Virus record (IMG/VR): IMGVR_UViG_3300013116_000108
Location: 62,001-126,000 of that record
Strand: one strand, 5' to 3'
DNA length: 64,000 bases
This document shows positions 1 to 8,921 of this stretch, piece after piece. Numbering within the stretch: position 1 is the first letter of the stretch; every line of letters starts with the position of its first letter. The notes under the pieces were generated by a model. That model searched no databases, was not told the origin of the DNA, and saw only the letters and a list, made by a program, of their open reading frames with translations. The translations under genes and the position numbers were made by a program.

Positions 1-549
1 GTTAGTTTCGTATACTTCATTGTGTGCTAAGGCATAGGCTACTAACTGTGTTTTATAATCATCTACCCATTCGTCTTTTTTAGGTTTATTTGTTTGTTTA
101 AAATCAATAATACTAGGTTCGCCGTTAAAAACACCTACAGCATCAGTTGTACCAGCATATAATTCTGGGAAATACATAGGAACTTCTGTTCCCCATATTT
201 CATCAACATCACACATACCTTCATCAATAATAACTTGTGCCATTTTATTTGCTTGTTGGCTAAATGGATTAGATCCAGGAGAATTTAATACACTTTCAAT
301 ACAATAATCTTCTAGGTATTTGTGCATCCTAGTACCGCGTCCTGCCGCCTCAGTAACAATTTCTTGTGCTTTTGCTTCACCTACACGTTTTTTCCAATTA
401 GCAAGTGCTTGACGCTTTTCCTCGCTTTTAGTTTTATCAAGTATAGTCGTAACACTAGGAACGGCTGTGCCGTTAGGAGTCGTGTAAAGGCGTTTGCCTT
501 CAACACTATTTCGTTTTAATTGAGTGTATTGGAACTTTTCTGTGATCAT
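1..549 (-). CDS. PD-(D/E)XK exonuclease, T4-like myophage type (runs off the window edge; absent from the ORF track)
   Basis: Manual translation from ATG at 549: MITEKFQYTQLKRNSVEGKRLYTTPNGTAVPSVTTILDKTK...YAGTTDAVG...IIDFKQTNKPKK...DYKTQLVAYALAHNE; open to base 1. Confidence 0.8.
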   Translation of the reverse strand, partial: MITEKFQYTQLKRNSVEGKRLYTTPNGTAVPSVTTILDKTKSEEKRQALANWKKRVGEAKAQEIVTEAAGRGTRMHKYLEDYCIESVLNSPGSNPFSQQANKMAQVIIDEGMCDVDEIWGTEVPMYFPELYAGTTDAVGVFNGEPSIIDFKQTNKPKKDEWVDDYKTQLVAYALAHNEVYETN

Positions 550-555
550 TTACAA

Positions 556-584
556 AGTATAACAGGTTTACAACCTGCTGTCAA
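556..584 (-). promoter_or_regulatory. sigma70-type promoter; leaderless, 6 nt from -10 to ATG
   Basis: TTGACA (584-579), 17 nt, TATACT (561-556), ttgtaa, ATG (549). Confidence 0.8.
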
Positions 585-601
585 GTCTATTTGACTTTAA
601 T

Positions 602-1060
602 TTACCACTTACGACAACTCCAGTACCTTGCTTTTGTCTTAGGTCCTGGATTATCACAGTTATGCCTTGCTCTAAATGATTTTCTTGCTTTAGGATTATT
701 CTTTCTAATTTTCATAGCCTTGCCCTTAACACTAGAACCGCCATGACCAAAGTTTACTTTTTTAACATTTCCTGTTTTAGGATCTTTAACATAAACTTTA
801 AATTTCTTAACGTCACCTTGCATTGGCTTGTTAAGTTTTACTTTACGACCTTGATACTCTGCTTCAAACGTATCACTTTCATCAATACTATAACCTAAGT
901 ATCCGTAGTCTTCAAAAAATTCGTTATCACTATCGTATGAATATTCAGTTTCGCTAACTTTTACACAGTTATTAACACGTTTACCTTTGTTTTTTCCTGT
1001 GCCGGGTTTAGTTCCTTGTTTTTTGTAACCATCCCAACAATCTATTTCACTTATTCTCAT
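602..1060 (-). CDS. Basic DUF6321-like phage protein, probable head/internal protein
   Basis: C-terminal YQGRKVKLNKP...KKFKVYVKDPKTGNVKKVNFG...RKSFRARHNC...KARYWSCRKW and N-terminal CWDGYKK...NNCVK modules typical of marine T4-like phages; starts MRISEI. Confidence 0.6.
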   Translation of the reverse strand: MRISEIDCWDGYKKQGTKPGTGKNKGKRVNNCVKVSETEYSYDSDNEFFEDYGYLGYSIDESDTFEAEYQGRKVKLNKPMQGDVKKFKVYVKDPKTGNVKKVNFGHGGSSVKGKAMKIRKNNPKARKSFRARHNCDNPGPKTKARYWSCRKW

Positions 1061-1064
1061 AAAT

Positions 1065-1397
1065 TTACCTTCTTTTGTTTAATGCTCGTTTGGCCATATC
1101 ATCTACTTTTTTATCAGCATCTATTTCTGGCTCTTCAGCGTCGATTGAATCATTGTCTATTTCATCAGGGGATTTTAGTATAATACTATCCTGATTTATG
1201 TCAGCGATAAGGTTTTGTAAATTAGGATTTTCGTCGTATGCTTTTTTAATAGCAGGATAACTTAAAGGTATTCCCATTTTTTGACCCATAGCAATAAAGG
1301 CCTTCATAGGCATTTCTTTGTTGTCACCTTCTATTTTGTTGGCTAGGAAAGCCATTAATGAAGATAATTTAGTAGGAGCAAACTCAACGAGTCGCAT
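1065..1397 (-). CDS. Hypothetical protein, probable head protein
   Basis: 110-aa ORF in a late operon; N-terminus MRLVEF. Confidence 0.55.
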   Translation of the reverse strand: MRLVEFAPTKLSSLMAFLANKIEGDNKEMPMKAFIAMGQKMGIPLSYPAIKKAYDENPNLQNLIADINQDSIILKSPDEIDNDSIDAEEPEIDADKKVDDMAKRALNKRR

Positions 1398-2464
1398 TAG
1401 CGTTCCTCTCTGTCTAACCCCGGTTCACCTTCAGTTCCGCCTTCTGGAGCATCTAAGTCCATAGCAGGAATTTCAGCATCTAAATCTAAATCGCCTGCTG
1501 GTTCCATAGCATCAGCACCATCTTCAGGTTCAGCACCTAAGTCAATACCTGTTTCTTCACCAGTTAACATTCTAGCGGCACTATCCATTCCACTTCTTGC
1601 TGATTCAACAGCACTTAAACAAGTTTCAATTGTTCCTTTAGCGGCATTTGAGAATCCATCTGCTTTATCTTGGCCCATTTCATCTCTAATAGCATCTACT
1701 AATGGTGGAAGGTTTTCATTTTGTAATTCGCCTAGTTGCTCTTGCATTTTTTGAAGTTGGTCAACCATATCTTTAGCGGCTAATACTAATTCTGCTGATT
1801 CCATTTCGCCTTCTTTTAAAATGCCTTCTTTAATTTTTAACATTCTTTTACTTCTTTTATCTAACTGTTGCATTATTCTAACGTTAGATAAACTTGCTGA
1901 CATAACGTTTTCTAGTAAGTCTAGTAATGGAACTAGACCTTCCATAAAGTTTGCCGGAACGCTTTTACCTGCTTTTGCCATCTTAAGGGCATTTATGGCT
2001 TTAGCATAGTTTTGGCCGCCAACAAGCAATCTAAGAGCCTGTTTAGCAGTCGCGTTATCACCGAATGCTTCTGTTACAGATTCTTTTGCTTTGCCTTTGT
2101 ATTCGTATCTAGGATCGCCTGCTTTATAACGTTTCCATGCCGGAGTATTTGCTTTTCTATCAGCATCTGTTACTTGCATTTTACGTCCTGGAATGTCGTG
2201 TTCTTTAACTGTAGGCAATTTTTGCTCAGTAAGCCATTTCTCTAATGCTTCTACTGTTAATACAGCATTTAAGTATTTTTGAGATGTCTTAGCATCTTGC
2301 CCACTTAATTTAATTTGTGTGATATCATTTCTAGTTGATTCTAATACTTCCAATGCTACTGCTGGAGTTAACTTGGAAAAATCAATTTCATGATTAAATG
2401 TTTTTTTAAGTTGTTTGTTCACTGCTGAACTAGTAACTCTTTTTTCAATTTCCATTAAATTCAT
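1397..2464 (-). CDS. Coiled-coil protein with acidic tail, probable prohead core/internal protein
   Basis: 355 aa; starts MNLMEI; helical; acidic C-terminus; TATAAATA upstream. Confidence 0.5.
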   Translation of the reverse strand: MNLMEIEKRVTSSAVNKQLKKTFNHEIDFSKLTPAVALEVLESTRNDITQIKLSGQDAKTSQKYLNAVLTVEALEKWLTEQKLPTVKEHDIPGRKMQVTDADRKANTPAWKRYKAGDPRYEYKGKAKESVTEAFGDNATAKQALRLLVGGQNYAKAINALKMAKAGKSVPANFMEGLVPLLDLLENVMSASLSNVRIMQQLDKRSKRMLKIKEGILKEGEMESAELVLAAKDMVDQLQKMQEQLGELQNENLPPLVDAIRDEMGQDKADGFSNAAKGTIETCLSAVESARSGMDSAARMLTGEETGIDLGAEPEDGADAMEPAGDLDLDAEIPAMDLDAPEGGTEGEPGLDREER

Positions 2465-2492
2465 AATTTTAGCCCTTTAATTTTATATAATG

Positions 2493-2500
2493 TATTTATA
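2493..2500 (-). promoter_or_regulatory. T4-type late promoter TATAAATA
   Basis: Exact T4 late consensus 29 nt upstream of the 2464 ATG. Confidence 0.6.
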
Positions 2501-2891
2501 CAATGTTCATTCGTTTTGATATTTCTTTTAATTCACGTAATGCTTTTTCCCACCCGGCCGCACTTAGATCTAGGCGTGTTTGATACAGTAAAATAGCATC
2601 ATTGTCGTGTCTTTTGTGTGCTTCTTTTAAATGATACTGGTGAAACATGGCATCATTCTTGTGTTTTCCTAAATTATCATCAATTCGTTTAATTTCTTCC
2701 GGATAACTATTGGTTTCGTATGCTACAGCATAGGATACAGCACCCAATCTAGAAGAAAATTCCATTTTTAAACCAGGTCTTTTATAACGCCACAGTCCGC
2801 CCTTAACTTGAACCACAATGGAATCGTTAATTCTAGTGAATTTCTCGTGTTTTGTTACAATAGGAAAATGTTTATTTTCTTTTTTTGCCAT
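2496..2891 (-). CDS. Hypothetical protein
   Basis: 131-aa ORF tiling with its neighbours. Confidence 0.55.
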   Translation of the reverse strand: MAKKENKHFPIVTKHEKFTRINDSIVVQVKGGLWRYKRPGLKMEFSSRLGAVSYAVAYETNSYPEEIKRIDDNLGKHKNDAMFHQYHLKEAHKRHDNDAILLYQTRLDLSAAGWEKALRELKEISKRMNIV

Positions 2892-3084
2892 ATATCACAT
2901 CTTCGTTGATTTTCTTACGCCATACTACGCTTTTACTTACCAAAAGGTTAATTGCGGCGAAGTGTTCTTGTTTCATCGACGATCGTGATATTTTATGTTC
3001 GGGTGATTCAGAAATAATACGGAGTACTTCTATCTCTGGTTTTGATAGCCACACTTTAACCATCGGTGAGAGTTTATACCACAT
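2872..3084 (-). CDS. Hypothetical protein (possible small helix-turn-helix)
   Basis: 70-aa ORF tiling with its neighbours. Confidence 0.45.
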   Translation of the reverse strand: MWYKLSPMVKVWLSKPEIEVLRIISESPEHKISRSSMKQEHFAAINLLVSKSVVWRKKINEDVIYGKKRK

Positions 3085-3088
3085 AAAA

Positions 3089-4243
3089 TTATTTTTTATT
3101 CTGTTTTAGCCAGTTTTGGGCTATTTTATTACGAGGCTCTGCTGTTAAAAACTTTCTTAAACTGCTTTCAACTTTTGTAAATGCTTCTGCTCTATTAGGA
3201 TCTTCCAAGCCGCCTGAATTGTCTATAACAATAAACCTATCTGCTCCAAATAGTTGTTGGAACTTCATTATATTTTCTTGTACTGCTCGCCACATTTGTT
3301 CTACTTTTAATATTGGCAATTTTCTAGGACGTTGTAAATTTCTTTCTTGTGCTACTGCTAATTTTGTATTAACAAATAACATCATTGTGCCATAACCTAA
3401 ATCAATCATTTCTTGTCTTATTTTTGCTGTCTTTTCAACATCACGACCAGTGCCGTCAATTACTACACCTAGTTTGCCGTCTAACCACCAGCCTTTTTGC
3501 TTCGCCATTAATTCTTTGCCTTGATCCCTAGTTGCTTGTCCGTCTGGGCTATAAATTTGTTCAGGGTCACCTACGTCCATGCCCTTTTTTGCCATTAAGT
3601 GTTCAAACATTTTATCTGAATCTATTACTTTTAATCCAAATTGTTTTAATACTTCTCGTGCTACATGAGATTTACCAGAACCAGGCCCGCCTGCCATAAA
3701 CACGGCTTTAAAAATATGTTTGTCTTGGGGGCCTTCTTCTATATTTAAACCAGTATCAACTAGTCTTTTTTTTTGAACAGTTTCAATCTGCTTATTGTAT
3801 TTGGCTCTAATTAAACTTGGCTTTAATCCAAGTTCTCTCGTCCTTATATCATCAACAGCGTTTTGGATTCTATATGCTATCTCTTTTGCTTTAGCATTGT
3901 CTGTTCCTTCAGCACTTTTAAATAACATTTCTACATACTCATCTATAGTAGCCAAGTATCCTGCTATATTGCCTTCGTTGTCTACTGAAACTTCTGATTC
4001 TATAGAAACTGTTTGTCCAGGTTTTGCTCCGCCTGGCTTTTTAAGTTTATTTTTATTATCGTGATTTAATTTAATAGATGTTTTACCACCACTTGAACTA
4101 ACATCAATGTTTGGATCTTTATCTAAATCCAAATTCATAGTTTGTCCTGGGCCTGTTTGTACAGATATCTTTTTACCATCCGGAGAAATTTTAGTAACTT
4201 TTCCTTGTTGTGGGTTTGCTTCTATTAATTTATACCAGCTCAT
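3089..4243 (-). CDS. Fusion protein with C-terminal P-loop kinase (zeta-toxin/AAA_33/PNK-like)
   Basis: KAVFMAGGPGSGKS Walker A, VIDSD, VVIDGTG, LAVAQERNLQRPR lid. Confidence 0.75.
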   Translation of the reverse strand: MSWYKLIEANPQQGKVTKISPDGKKISVQTGPGQTMNLDLDKDPNIDVSSSGGKTSIKLNHDNKNKLKKPGGAKPGQTVSIESEVSVDNEGNIAGYLATIDEYVEMLFKSAEGTDNAKAKEIAYRIQNAVDDIRTRELGLKPSLIRAKYNKQIETVQKKRLVDTGLNIEEGPQDKHIFKAVFMAGGPGSGKSHVAREVLKQFGLKVIDSDKMFEHLMAKKGMDVGDPEQIYSPDGQATRDQGKELMAKQKGWWLDGKLGVVIDGTGRDVEKTAKIRQEMIDLGYGTMMLFVNTKLAVAQERNLQRPRKLPILKVEQMWRAVQENIMKFQQLFGADRFIVIDNSGGLEDPNRAEAFTKVESSLRKFLTAEPRNKIAQNWLKQNKK

Positions 4244-4521
4244 TATCTCATTGCCTTATTCATTGATTGTACCCTGCGACTTGCTGGGTTAATACGTTTT
4301 GTTCTTCTAGATTTTAAAGCATTTCTTCTTTTATACTTTGCTTTAGTTATCATTAATTTAATACGTTTTTTAACGTTAGGTGCTTTATAACAAGCACCAG
4401 GTGTAGAGACAATTTTGCCTTTAAGCCTGCCTGTAGAACAGCGGTACTTACGGACAACTTTCTTGCCTGATCTGGCCCATGCCATTGTTGTTTCTAGTTG
4501 TGTAATTTCTTCGACTAGCAT
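4243..4521 (-). CDS. Small, very basic protein, probably virion-associated
   Basis: 92 aa, K/R-rich; starts MLVEEI; TAAATA-N5-ATG. Confidence 0.6.
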   Translation of the reverse strand: MLVEEITQLETTMAWARSGKKVVRKYRCSTGRLKGKIVSTPGACYKAPNVKKRIKLMITKAKYKRRNALKSRRTKRINPASRRVQSMNKAMR

Positions 4522-4526
4522 ACTTG

Positions 4527-4532
4527 TATTTA
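4527..4532 (-). promoter_or_regulatory. Late promoter TAAATA, 5 nt before ATG
   Basis: TAAATA-caagt-ATG (4521); no Shine-Dalgarno. Confidence 0.6.
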
Positions 4533-4542
4533 GTACGCGATA

Positions 4543-4806
4543 TTAATTAAGGATAATTAGTTGATAGGTCAAAAATGCCACTGCAGACACTAATGCTCCT
4601 ATTATACCAACTCCTATAGTCGTTACTTGTTTAGCACGACTTGTCTTATCTTTATACATAGCGTCACGTAACTCTACTAAAACTTCGTCCATTTTAGTCA
4701 TACGCTCGTCAATCGAGTCCAATTTCTCTTCCATTCTCTTATACCTTTCTGCACATAAATCAACGTGTGCCTCGAGGCTTTCTTTTTCAACGTCTAAAAC
4801 TGCCAT
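4543..4806 (-). CDS. Coiled-coil protein with one C-terminal TM helix (holin/XhlA-like architecture)
   Basis: EAHVDLCAERY heptads followed by IGVGIIGALVSAVAFLTYQLIIL. Confidence 0.5.
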   Translation of the reverse strand: MAVLDVEKESLEAHVDLCAERYKRMEEKLDSIDERMTKMDEVLVELRDAMYKDKTSRAKQVTTIGVGIIGALVSAVAFLTYQLIILN

Positions 4807-4844
4807 TGTGTCTTCTCACCTATGTATATCGTTAATTAGTGAGT

Positions 4845-4902
4845 TGCTACTATTACAATGCTATTGTGTTATGCCTATAAAGTTTGCCTATTGTGTTGCC
4901 TA
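4845..4902 (-). repeat. Five TAG(G)CA motifs with 12-14 nt period in the leader of the 4806 gene
   Basis: Plus-strand TGCTA at 4845 and 4859, TGCCTA at 4872, 4885 and 4897; CTATTGTGTT at 4861 and 4888. Confidence 0.7.
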
Positions 4903-4932
4903 CTAGTGTCAACTTGCTCTTCTAACCACAAG

Positions 4933-4938
4933 TATTTA
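4933..4938 (-). promoter_or_regulatory. Late promoter TAAATA
   Basis: Motif at the far end of the 135-nt intergenic leader. Confidence 0.5.
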
Positions 4939-4940
4939 TG

Positions 4941-5462
4941 CTAAACGTCTAAAGCATAACAGAGTGTATTTACTTTAACGCCTGTTGTAGCAAGGGTACT
5001 TGAAGTTAAATTTACTGTTTCTTGTAACCCTGTTAATACAGGTATAATATCTAACTGGTCTGTTAGTAATTTAACAGGATCATTGTCGCTACTAAAGATA
5101 TCAGGGGTTTCAAAGCCAAACTCCATAGTCCATACTTTGTGTTTTCCTTTGTAACCAAACCCTAACGAGCCTATACTAACAGTTTCACTAGTAGGCTCTT
5201 TTAACATAATAGGCTGAGCTCTAATAGAAATGCATTGTACAAGGGTTTCCCAGTTACGTTGCTCGTTCCTACTAATGTTCCATGTTTCTTGATTATTAAT
5301 AATATTTTTTAAATCGTCAACAAACGGCAAAGGTACATCTGCTCTAAATTCTGATATCATACCAGTAGCAGAAATATCTACTAATGTTTTAATTTGATAA
5401 TGGCTTCTTAGTGTTCCAAAATCATATCCTGTAGGTGAGCCGTGTGCTGTTCCTGATGTCAT
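4941..5462 (-). CDS. Hypothetical, probable structural protein
   Basis: 173-aa ORF in the late region. Confidence 0.5.
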   Translation of the reverse strand: MTSGTAHGSPTGYDFGTLRSHYQIKTLVDISATGMISEFRADVPLPFVDDLKNIINNQETWNISRNEQRNWETLVQCISIRAQPIMLKEPTSETVSIGSLGFGYKGKHKVWTMEFGFETPDIFSSDNDPVKLLTDQLDIIPVLTGLQETVNLTSSTLATTGVKVNTLCYALDV

Positions 5463-6547
5463 AATGTATACCTCTGTGAATTAAATGTTCCTTCGGCACT
5501 ACTAAACTCATAATCACTTCCGCATGTTCTTCCGCATGTAAATAACTTTGGATTACTGTCTGCCATTGTATTCTCCCAACTATCATTTAAATCTTTATTA
5601 TAAAAACTATGTTCTAATACTTGTTCTAAAGTGTACTTTTTTAATGAATTAAAATCTTTTCCGTATCTTTCTTGTATTTGTTTTATTTGCTTTTTTTGAA
5701 TATTATCCTCATCATCAAAATATGTAGGAGCACCTACCCAACAACAGGGCCATAAATTCATTTCAAAATCAATGTAAACAGTAGTATCTTTTTTATATTT
5801 ACATGTTATAGGAGTTTGATCGACGTAATTATTAAATGTTCCAAACTTATCTATAATTTGATCATACTTTGTTTTATTTTTATTTTCTTTACTGGAAATA
5901 ATGTTTTTATGTTTTGTTTCTATTTCCATTACTTTGTTAAAGTCACTTACTTTTACAAACCTACTAGTGTTTTTATAGTTAATACTTTTAAACCCCATTT
6001 CTTTTGCTAGTTCTTTTGCTTTTGCTACTTGGTGTATATTATGATCAAATATTAAATAATCCCAATTAGCGTTTCCACCTGCTTCAATAAATGCTGTAAT
6101 ATTTTCTTTTAATTTTTTCCAGTTACTATTAATACGATATAGATGGTTAGTATCTTCTAATCCATCTATACTAAAATCTACTCTATCAGTATCTCTATCT
6201 AAAATGTGTGCTATTCTAGTCCACCAAGCAGGAGATTGGGCACTACCATTTGTAACTACTGTAAGTCCTTGTACACCAGAATGTCTTATAAACTCTAAAC
6301 ATTCTAGAAAATTATTACTAGCAATACTATCACCGTAGTTGCCACACCAAAATATTCTTTTTATTTGTTTAGCAAAATCAGGTGTTAATATTCTTTTATA
6401 ATCATCAATAGTTAATTCACCCATTGGTAATATTGGGTTTTTATTACCGTTATTATCTACCCTAGCACATTGAGGACAAAGTAAATTACATTTACTAGTG
6501 TGTTCAATGTGCAATGTTGTGATTTCGCTAAGATTTAGATAATTCAT
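5459..6547 (-). CDS. Radical SAM enzyme with SPASM/twitch-like C-terminal domain
   Basis: CNLLCPQC (CxxxCxxC), WCGNYGD, VTNGS, FSIDG, WPCCW, CGRTC. Confidence 0.9.
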   Translation of the reverse strand: MNYLNLSEITTLHIEHTSKCNLLCPQCARVDNNGNKNPILPMGELTIDDYKRILTPDFAKQIKRIFWCGNYGDSIASNNFLECLEFIRHSGVQGLTVVTNGSAQSPAWWTRIAHILDRDTDRVDFSIDGLEDTNHLYRINSNWKKLKENITAFIEAGGNANWDYLIFDHNIHQVAKAKELAKEMGFKSINYKNTSRFVKVSDFNKVMEIETKHKNIISSKENKNKTKYDQIIDKFGTFNNYVDQTPITCKYKKDTTVYIDFEMNLWPCCWVGAPTYFDDEDNIQKKQIKQIQERYGKDFNSLKKYTLEQVLEHSFYNKDLNDSWENTMADSNPKLFTCGRTCGSDYEFSSAEGTFNSQRYTL

Positions 6548-6582
6548 TATATATGTACTTATCTAGTGTTGAACATGGGGTC

Positions 6583-6611
6583 AAAAAAATAGGCACTATA
6601 AAAGTGCCTAT
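6583..6611 (-). terminator. Rho-independent terminator
   Basis: Stem ataggcact/agtgcctat with T-run on the minus strand, after the 6642-6935 gene. Confidence 0.8.
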
Positions 6612-6641
6612 TTAAACTTCGGGAGGAAGTTTTAAGTTTTA

Positions 6642-6935
6642 TTAGTTAAAGTATGCAACTACTGCCGCCGTAACACCTGTTACGCCACCAAAGTTAGAAC
6701 CTGCCGCTGGAGCAACACCTTCTGATAGTACATGTACTACGTCTGAAGCGCCTGCGTTAAATCCACCTGTAGTGTCATCACCAATACCAACGATAGTCGC
6801 TGTTAATTGGATGTAAGCGATACATGAATCAAGCTCTGCTTGAGTTAAGTTTGATTTAGATAGGCTTGTAAGTGCTACCTCTTTACCAGCGAAGAATACA
6901 TCACCTGCGCCGTGAACTTTTGTTAAATCTGCCAT
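6642..6935 (-). CDS. Small Gly/Ala-rich probable structural (decoration-type) protein
   Basis: Own late promoter, strong GGAG RBS, own terminator, high-expression codon usage. Confidence 0.55.
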   Translation of the reverse strand: MADLTKVHGAGDVFFAGKEVALTSLSKSNLTQAELDSCIAYIQLTATIVGIGDDTTGGFNAGASDVVHVLSEGVAPAAGSNFGGVTGVTAAVVAYFN

Positions 6936-6989
6936 TTTAAGACTCCTTTTATTTTTGTGAACCCGTCAATAACTTTGCGGGCATACATA

Positions 6990-6995
6990 TATTTA
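6990..6995 (-). promoter_or_regulatory. Late promoter TAAATA followed by a 5' hairpin
   Basis: TAAATA, then CCCGCAA...TTGACGGG hairpin, then GGAG RBS. Confidence 0.55.
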
Positions 6996-7005
6996 GCCAA
7001 AACGG

Positions 7006-7659
7006 CTAATTTCGGATGCCTTTGATTTGATTTTTAATACGTGGATCACGTATTGCTTTATACAATGCCGCACCAGCAACAGCACCCCATACAAGTTTGT
7101 TTTTATGTAGTGGGCTTTTTGCTTGATCTATGCCTAAGTCTTTCTTTCGCATTGTTTTATGATAGCCTGGCATAAAATCACTGCCTTTAGCAGTATGATT
7201 TAAAGCAAAACCTAGTCTAGTAGCCGCTACTTTACGCTCTGATGGTAACATTCTAGGCCAGTCAGCAATAACACGCCTCATTTGATTTGTTGCTCCGCTT
7301 CTAACACCTAGTCCACGTTGTAACATAATTAAATTACGCCTGTCTGCTTGTGTATCTAATCTACCATTAGCAATACCTTGTAAATAACCTCTTACTTGAT
7401 TTTGAGGTGTTTTATCTACACTTGCTATTAAGTTATGTAAGTCTGTAGCACCAGGGCGTACACTATTAAATGGTAAACTTAACGTTTTTCTAGCATAGGC
7501 TTGAGCCGCCTTTGGATTCTCATATTTCATTACTTGTAAACCTAGTAAGTGAGAATATAAAGTATCTGCTAATTGTCCTTGACTAGTTGCCGCTATCCTT
7601 GTTGGATTTTTAAACATTCTTGCTTCTGCTAATTCTTCTTTTATAAATTCAAAAGCCAT
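7006..7659 (-). CDS. Hypothetical, probable head/internal protein
   Basis: Likely start MAFEFIKEELAEA at 7659 (TAATG overlap with the upstream stop). Confidence 0.55.
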   Translation of the reverse strand: MAFEFIKEELAEARMFKNPTRIAATSQGQLADTLYSHLLGLQVMKYENPKAAQAYARKTLSLPFNSVRPGATDLHNLIASVDKTPQNQVRGYLQGIANGRLDTQADRRNLIMLQRGLGVRSGATNQMRRVIADWPRMLPSERKVAATRLGFALNHTAKGSDFMPGYHKTMRKKDLGIDQAKSPLHKNKLVWGAVAGAALYKAIRDPRIKNQIKGIRN

Positions 7660-8921
7660 TACTTGCTCCAACTCTTTGCTTGATTAAAGTTTGCTTTGTT
7701 AAACTCTAATCTATCGTTGAGTTTAACTGCTCCACCTTCCATTCCAAATGCTACAAAACCTTCTGGATTTGTAACTTTATAACCATCATCTGTTTTTAAG
7801 AATGTACCAACACTTTGTTCAATACGTTCTAGTTTCTTTAATAGTTTTAATTTAAGTTGTATAACTTGTTTGTATACTGCCATTACTATTAATATTGTAT
7901 TTAAATTGTCTTCTACAAATTTTTCTGTTGCTAATACTTTTTCTAATCTTTTTTGTGCGGCCGGTCCTTCTGGACCTGTTTTAAGTTTTGAAATTTCGCC
8001 TTCCATTTTTTCTTTAAAATATTCTATAAATTCTTTTACAAACTGTATTGGTTCACCAACACTAGTGCCTGCTGTAATTCTTTTATTAATAAAAGGTTTT
8101 AACCAAGTAGCAAGAGCAGGATCTTCTAAAAATTTATTAAATGTTTCTGGTGTTGCTTTCTTTAATGTAATTTGTGCCTGTCCTAAACCGTTTGAAACTA
8201 CTTTATCTTCTTGGCTAGTAAGTGTTGCTTTACCGCCTACATCTTTATAATAAGCATCATCAACCCAAACACTACTTGTAGGCTTTAAATTACCAACACT
8301 AGCACCAAACGAGGCTTTCATATCTGCTAAAGTTTCGCCTGTGTATGTAGTATGGAATACTACACCTAGTTGTGCTGATTTAATTTTTCTTCCAATGTCT
8401 GAATCTACTGGAACTGAATATGTAATAGTATTAGGTGTAAATGTATGTACTTCCTCACCACTTATTGTAGTAGTTTCTAAATCTTCTGCTGTAAACATCA
8501 TATCGCCTTGTAAAACGCCTTGTATACCTAATTTACTTAACTCTGAGAGTGCTATTTTAAGTTTTTTATTAAGGCCTTCTCCTGGATACCACTTGTCTAC
8601 GTCTGCTGATGTTTTTGCCGCTTTATTTTCTGTTTTACCAAATACTGCTTTAGTGCCTACAAAGAACTTTCCGTCTACTGGATCTGTTCCGCAGAATATC
8701 GCAGGAGCACCGTCCCACTTAACTGTGACTTTACTTTGTCCTTCGCCACCCACGTTCAACATCATTCTTAAAGAATTAATATACTTCAATGCTGTAATGG
8801 CACCCTGATATCCATCATTTAAAATTAAATCTTCTAGATGCTCTAAGTGTAAATTTTTATCAGTGGCTTCTGTAATTGTTTGCCATTTACCGCGTGGTCT
8901 CATTACTTCTGTTATTAACAT
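7659..8921 (-). CDS. DUF6267-like protein with ATP-dependent ligase/nucleotidyltransferase-like motifs
   Basis: KNLHLEHLED; VTVKWDGAP (KxDG); VLQGDMMF; NPEGFV; AVKL.DRLEF. Confidence 0.65.
   Translation of the reverse strand: MLITEVMRPRGKWQTITEATDKNLHLEHLEDLILNDGYQGAITALKYINSLRMMLNVGGEGQSKVTVKWDGAPAIFCGTDPVDGKFFVGTKAVFGKTENKAAKTSADVDKWYPGEGLNKKLKIALSELSKLGIQGVLQGDMMFTAEDLETTTISGEEVHTFTPNTITYSVPVDSDIGRKIKSAQLGVVFHTTYTGETLADMKASFGASVGNLKPTSSVWVDDAYYKDVGGKATLTSQEDKVVSNGLGQAQITLKKATPETFNKFLEDPALATWLKPFINKRITAGTSVGEPIQFVKEFIEYFKEKMEGEISKLKTGPEGPAAQKRLEKVLATEKFVEDNLNTILIVMAVYKQVIQLKLKLLKKLERIEQSVGTFLKTDDGYKVTNPEGFVAFGMEGGAVKLNDRLEFNKANFNQAKSWSK

Noticed and set aside
3089-4243. Zeta toxin-antitoxin module
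   Set aside because: No adjacent epsilon-like antitoxin; late head-protein context and a fused N-terminal domain argue against a classical TA pair
4845-4902. CRISPR mini-array
   Set aside because: Repeats are 5-10 nt with a 12-14 nt period, far too short, and no cas genes are present
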